Source: Halodesulfurarchaeum sp.
Lineage (GTDB): Archaea > Halobacteriota > Halobacteria > Halobacteriales > Halobacteriaceae
NCBI GenBank assembly: GCA_034520565.1
Contig: JAXHNL010000002.1
Coordinates: 1,120,001-1,184,000, forward strand
Reading direction: 5' to 3'
DNA: 64,000 nucleotides
Shown here: positions 58,997 to 64,000 of the stretch, piece by piece
Layout of the letters: each line of letters begins with the position of its first letter
Position numbering within the stretch: position 1 is the first letter of the stretch
Notes under the pieces: generated by a model
The model's database searches: none
What the model was told of the DNA's origin: nothing
What the model saw: the letters and a program-made list of their open reading frames with translations, nothing else
Made by a program: the position numbers and the translations under genes

Positions 58997-59485
58997 ATGA
59001 CCGTTTTCGAGACCGACTTGCCGGGAGTCGGACGGAAGTTCGAGATCGACGTCGGGGACGGTGCACAGCTCGTCATCGTGATCCACAACACGGGCAAGCG
59101 GGAAGTGTATCGAAAACCGGGGCCCGACGCCGACGCAGAGAAGGTCTTCGAGGCCTCGAACCAACTCTCCCAGACGATCGGCGCCATCCTGGAGGGGGCG
59201 AAGTTCCAGCCCGTCGAAGTCGATCACGAGGGAACGATGCTGCCGGGAGACACGGTCATCGAGTGGTACAACGTCGGTCCGGATTCCAGACTCGCCGGCC
59301 GGTCACTCGGGGACGGTATCGTCCGGGACGAACTCGACGTGCTGGTGGTAGCGATCAAACGCGGGGACGACATCATCACCTCGCCGGGGCCGATGGAGGA
59401 GATCGAACCCGGTGACGTGCTCGTCGTGATCGGCCCCCACGACGACATCCACGAGTTCGAGTCCTTCGTCGCGGAAGGACAATGA
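58997..59485 (+). CDS. KhtT-like K+/H+ antiporter regulatory subunit (RCK-C/TrkA-C)
   Basis: ETDLPGVGRKF, IHNTGKRE, GAILEG and VVAIKRG...PGD.LVVIG. Confidence 0.9.
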   Translation: MTVFETDLPGVGRKFEIDVGDGAQLVIVIHNTGKREVYRKPGPDADAEKVFEASNQLSQTIGAILEGAKFQPVEVDHEGTMLPGDTVIEWYNVGPDSRLAGRSLGDGIVRDELDVLVVAIKRGDDIITSPGPMEEIEPGDVLVVIGPHDDIHEFESFVAEGQ

Positions 59486-59515
59486 CCGGCGGGAAATCAC
59501 GGAGTCCCAAAACCC

Positions 59516-60733
59516 ATGGCGAGTGAAACGGCGCTGCTCGAACTCGGCATCCTGTTGGCGACGGTCGCGTTCGCGGGCACGCTCGCACGCCGGATCCGGC
59601 AATCCGTCATCCCGCTTTACATCCTCGCCGGCATGGTTCTCAACCCCTACGTGGCCGGACGATTCGGACCCTATGCCCTCGAATCGACGCCCTTCGTCGA
59701 ACTCGGGGCCGAACTCGGGATCGTTCTGCTCCTCCTCTTTCTCGGGCTGGAGTTCAATCTCGAACGCCTGCTGGCAGATCGATCCCGGATCGGCACTGCG
59801 GGGACGATCGACCTGCTCGTCAATTTCGGCATCGGGTTCGTCCTCGGATACGCCGTCTTTCGGGCCCTGGTCCCGGCGTTTTTCCTGGCCGGTGCGGTCT
59901 ACATCTCCTCCTCGGCGATCATCTCGAAGTCCCTGATCGATCTCGGATGGATCGCAAACGACGAGGCCGGCCCGATGCTGGGGACGCTGGTCTACGAGGA
60001 TCTCGTGATCGCGGTGTATCTCGTGGTCGCTTCCGTTCTCGTCTTCGGAGACACGATCGGGGAAGCCGTCGAATCGATGGCGATCGCCGTCGGGTTTATC
60101 CTCCTGCTCGTGGTTCTCGTGGCTCGTGGCCGCCCGCTGTTCGAGTGGCTGCTCGATACCGACTCGAAGGAGTTTCTGGTGCTCCGTGCACTCGGCCTGG
60201 CCGTGTTGATCGCCGGAATGGGACTCGTGCTCGGCGTCAGCGAAGCCGTCGTCGCCTTCTTCGTCGGGATGGCCTTCTCCTCGACGGGGCATGTTCGCCG
60301 CCTCGAAACGCTGCTGGAACCGATCCGGGACGTGTTCGCGGCGATCTTCTTCTTCTGGATCGGGCTCGTGACGGATCCGTTCCTCTTCGGAGACGTTCTG
60401 GGGCTCGTGGTGCTGGCGGTCCTGCTTACCACCCCGGCGAAACTGCTCAGTGGGTATCTCGGCGGACAGGTGTACGGGCTGGATCCCCGCCGATCCACGC
60501 GGGTCGCCCTTGGAATGGTGACACGCGGCGAGTTCACCCTCATCATCGCCGCCCTCGCGATCTCTGGGGCCGGCGGATTCGCTGATGGCGTTGCTGAGAC
60601 CATCTACGCCTTTAGCGTGGGATACGTCCTTGTGATGAGCGTGCTCGGGACCACGTTGATGCAGTACTCCGGGCCGTTCGAACGGTTCGTCAGTTCACGA
60701 CTCTCCAGGGACCATCCCCTCGGCCGGAACTGA
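59516..60733 (+). CDS. CPA2 cation:proton antiporter (KhtU/KefB-like)
   Basis: IPLYILAG, LGLEF, ISSSAII.K.L, LVYEDL, RDVF.A.FF and RGEF. Confidence 0.92.
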   Translation: MASETALLELGILLATVAFAGTLARRIRQSVIPLYILAGMVLNPYVAGRFGPYALESTPFVELGAELGIVLLLLFLGLEFNLERLLADRSRIGTAGTIDLLVNFGIGFVLGYAVFRALVPAFFLAGAVYISSSAIISKSLIDLGWIANDEAGPMLGTLVYEDLVIAVYLVVASVLVFGDTIGEAVESMAIAVGFILLLVVLVARGRPLFEWLLDTDSKEFLVLRALGLAVLIAGMGLVLGVSEAVVAFFVGMAFSSTGHVRRLETLLEPIRDVFAAIFFFWIGLVTDPFLFGDVLGLVVLAVLLTTPAKLLSGYLGGQVYGLDPRRSTRVALGMVTRGEFTLIIAALAISGAGGFADGVAETIYAFSVGYVLVMSVLGTTLMQYSGPFERFVSSRLSRDHPLGRN

Positions 60734-60749
60734 CCGGTTCCCCGGCCAG

Positions 60750-63355
60750 TCAGCGAATCCTTCCGAAGAGCCGGTAGTCGTGGTCGGGGGTGTACCGACG
60801 GAACAAGAGGCTGTTCGACAGGACCGAGACGCTGGAGAAGGCCATCGCCGCAGCCGCCAGGGCCGGCTGGAGGAGTCCCAGTGAGGCAAGCGGGATCATC
60901 GCCGTGTTGTACCCGAGCGCCCAGCCAAGGTTCTGTTTGATCTTCTGCAGTGTCGCATCCGAGATTCGGATGGCCTTCGCCACGTCGAGTGGATCGTCGC
61001 GCATGAGCGTAATGTCTGCTGCCTCGATCGCCACGTCCGTCCCCGACCCGAGTGCCGTCCCGACGGCGGCCACGGCCAGTGCCGGCGCATCGTTTACCCC
61101 GTCGCCGACCATCATGGCCGACCGCCCCTCGGCTTGAATTCCCTCGACCGCGTCGGACTTGTCTTCGGGAAGCACCTCCGCCCTGACGTCGTCCGGATCG
61201 ATGCCGACCTGTTCGGCGACGGCGCGGGCGGTCCGCTCGTTGTCGCCGGTGATCATCATCACGTCGATACCTCGCTCCCGAAGGGCTTGTACCGCCGCTT
61301 TGGACTGTGGCTTGACGGTGTCCGCGTCGGCAACGACGCCCGCGAGTCGGCCGTCGACAGCGACGAGCATCGCCGTTTTCCCGGCCCGTTCGAGCCGTTC
61401 CATGGTCTCTGCGGCCGGTGCCGGATCGATGCCTTCGCCTTCGAGCAGCTTCCGGTTCCCGACCAGCACCGTCCGACCGTCGACCGTCGCCCGGATTCCC
61501 TGGCCAGGGACGTTCTCGAACTCGGACGCTTCAGCGACCTCGAGCCCCCGGTTTTCGGCGCCGGCGACGATGGCCTTGGCGAGGGGGTGCTCGCTCCCGC
61601 GCTCTGCGGCTGCTGCAAGCCCGAGGACTTCGTCCTCCGAGTGACGGTCCTGGGGGGTCTGTGAGCCACCTTCAGCTGCGACGTTGCCACCATCCGGGAC
61701 TGGGTTCCCCGCTGCGTCGAAGGCGACCACGTCCGTCAATTCCATCTCCCCTTCGGTGAGCGTCCCCGTCTTGTCGAAGACGACGGTGTCGACGTCCTTC
61801 GCTCGTTCCAGGACGTCCCCGCCCTTGAACAGGACGCCGTTTCGGGCGCCAATGGTAGTCCCGACCATCGTCGCCGCGGGGGTCGCCAGTCCGAGCGCGC
61901 AGGGACAGGCGATGAGGACGGCGGAGGCGAAGACGATTACGGCGAACTCGAAGACCGACACGCCACCCCGACCGCGGCCGGTCCGCCGGCGACCTGTCCC
62001 CAGAGCGGCAGCCATTCGACGAAGCCGGCCAGCGTCTCTGGGAACAGGAACCAGACTGTGCCCCAGAAGACGGCGTTGGCGATCACTGCGGGGACGAAAT
62101 ACGCGGAGATCCGGTCTGCGAGGTTTTGGATGTCCGGTTGGCGGGACTGGGCGTCCTTGACCGTCTTGACGATCTGTTTGAGCGCGGTTTCCTCGCCGAC
62201 TCTGGTCGCCTTGACGGTGAGAACCCCGTTCTCGTTGATCGTCGACCCGACGACCTCGTCGCCCTCGCCTTTCTCGACCGGGACGGACTCCCCGGTCACC
62301 ATCGACTCGTCGACGGCGGATTGGCCGCTGACGACGACCCCATCGGTCGGAACCTTTTCGCCAGGTCGAACCTTGAGCAAATCCCCTTCCGTGACTTCTT
62401 CGAGTGGGACGGTCGATTCGGACCCGTCCGGCCCGATGACGGTGGCCGTCTCGGCCTCCATCTCGAGGAGCTTCCGGAGCGCGTCGCTTGCCTGTCCTTT
62501 CGATCTCGCCTCGAGGTAGTTGCCCAGGGTGATGAAGACGAGGATGAGCGCGGCCGTATCGAAGTACAGGCTTCCCGCGATGAGCCCACCCAGAACGGCG
62601 ACCGAATAGAGATAGGCCGTCGAGGAGCCGAGCGCGATCAGCACGTCCATGTTGGCCCGGCCGTTGGTCACGAGTGCGCTGTAGGAGTTCTTGTAGAAGG
62701 GCCAGCCGAGGATGGCTTGAACGGGGGTGGCGAGCAGGAACTCGACCCACCCCAGCTCGATGCCGAAGACCGTTTCCGGGACGATCGCACCGCCGAAGAG
62801 GAACTTGTCGGCGAGGAAGAAAAGTAGCGGCGCAGAAAGTGCCGCTCCGAACAGCGTCAACCGGCGCTGTTTGCGGATTTCGGCCTGACGGGCCAGATCG
62901 CGCGCGCTTTCGCCGGATTCGGCGTCGTCTTCGGTTTCGCGGACCGGGGAATACCCCGCGTCTTCGATCGCCGTGTACAGGGATTCGACCGAGACGTCTT
63001 CGGGGTTGTAGGTGACCTGGGCTTCGTCGGTCGCGTAGTTGACGTCCGCGTGGATGACACCGGGCGTCTCCTCCAGTGCGGTTGCGTTTGCCTCCGCACA
63101 GTTCGCACAGGTCATGTCGGCGATAGCGATGGACCTGGTTTCCGTGACGGCCCCGTACCCGGCCGCCTCGATCGCGTCGAAGATCGATTGCAGGGAGACA
63201 CGGGTCGGATCGTACTCCACGGACCCCTCGTCGGTGGCGTAGTTTGCCGAGACGTCGCTGACGCCATCGAGCGCGTCAAGTGCGTCCTCGATGGAGGCCG
63301 AGCAATTGGCACAGGACATCCCGGTGATATCGAGATGTGTCGTCCGGGTTTCCAT
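60750..63355 (-). CDS. copA: Cu+-translocating P1B-type ATPase (frameshift near 61970)
   Basis: Two HMA domains (GMSCANC, DMTCANC), [33 protein letters not shown] and M..SS. Confidence 0.94.
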
Positions 63356-63502
63356 AGGTGTCTCCAGAGAGGGGCCCAATCCTTAGGCCGTTTGTTGCTT
63401 GGAACCTTCGGGTATTACCAGTATGGATTTTTGTTTCCAAAGCGAATCGGCGGGTCATTATCGGTCCGTCCGGTCACCGAGACGCCACTCGCCGGCAATT
63501 AT

Positions 63503-63517
63503 ATTACTGATAGTAAT
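63503..63517. promoter_or_regulatory. inverted repeat ATTACT-N3-AGTAAT between divergent copA and copZ
   Basis: Perfect 6-bp arms in an AT-rich patch. Confidence 0.35.
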
Positions 63518-63715
63518 TACTCGGGATCGGCACGTGGATACAGTCGCCATGTGCGCCTCGAAACGGCGGCGCGTGTGGCCAGGGAACCGAAACATGCTTC
63601 GGAGCCGCCTCTCACCGGCACAGTTCGCACTTTACATTCGATTCCTGGCTCGGCCCGAAACCATGGTTTCTGAACGGCAAACCCCTCGAATTCGGACCCC
63701 GTTCCTTCACATGCA

Positions 63716-63913
63716 ATGACACGGACGATATCGGTCAGCGGAATGACCTGCGAGCACTGTGAACAGACGGTCGAAGACGCCCTCGAAGCGCTCGAGGGCA
63801 TTACATCGGCGACGGCAGATGAGTCGGCCGACTCGGTCGCGATCGAGGGGAACGCCGAACGCGAGGCACTCCGGGAGGCCGTGGAGGGAGCCGGTTACGA
63901 ATTCGCCGCCTGA
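63716..63913 (+). CDS. copZ: copper chaperone (single HMA domain)
   Basis: GMTCEHC and A.EGAGY; divergent from copA. Confidence 0.92.
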   Translation: MTRTISVSGMTCEHCEQTVEDALEALEGITSATADESADSVAIEGNAEREALREAVEGAGYEFAA

Positions 63914-64000
63914 GCCACTGCCGCTCCTGTGTTCCCCGCTAGTCCCCGTCCGAAATCGGTTCGACAGCGTCGGCTCCGCATTCGGGGCAGGTTTCGTGAT

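Overview
High-GC haloarchaeal chromosome segment with an acidic proteome, tRNA-Leu(CAA) and the archaeal lsm-rpl37e-purF arrangement. Bases 1-40 kb are mostly core genes: purF, rpl37e, Lsm, an M42 peptidase, a Dna2-like nuclease-helicase, an ABC-2 exporter, Lhr, pelota, RqcH, Elp3, a degenerate RecJ-like protein, tdk, MutY, GlyA, a stand-alone YcaO and a truncated LysW-type argCBDE operon beside a palindrome-rich tRNA flank. Bases 40.3-56 kb form an accessory block: a Tat-exported membrane-bound [NiFe]-hydrogenase (small, large and cytochrome b subunits plus protease), a CxxC/His micro-protein, hypCDEABF, a type II ABC metal importer behind a NikR-like operator, and an atypical ZIP-like transporter. 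After it come a cysteine synthase/cystathionine lyase pair, a KhtTU-like antiporter and copA/copZ. The most unusual signals are non-canonical metal-ligand motifs in both hydrogenase subunits and the unannotated accessory genes in that cluster. About ten genes carry single-base indels, densest at 7.8-15 kb. These look like long-read consensus errors, so single-residue claims need confirmation from reads. All calls come from motif recognition; no database searches were run.
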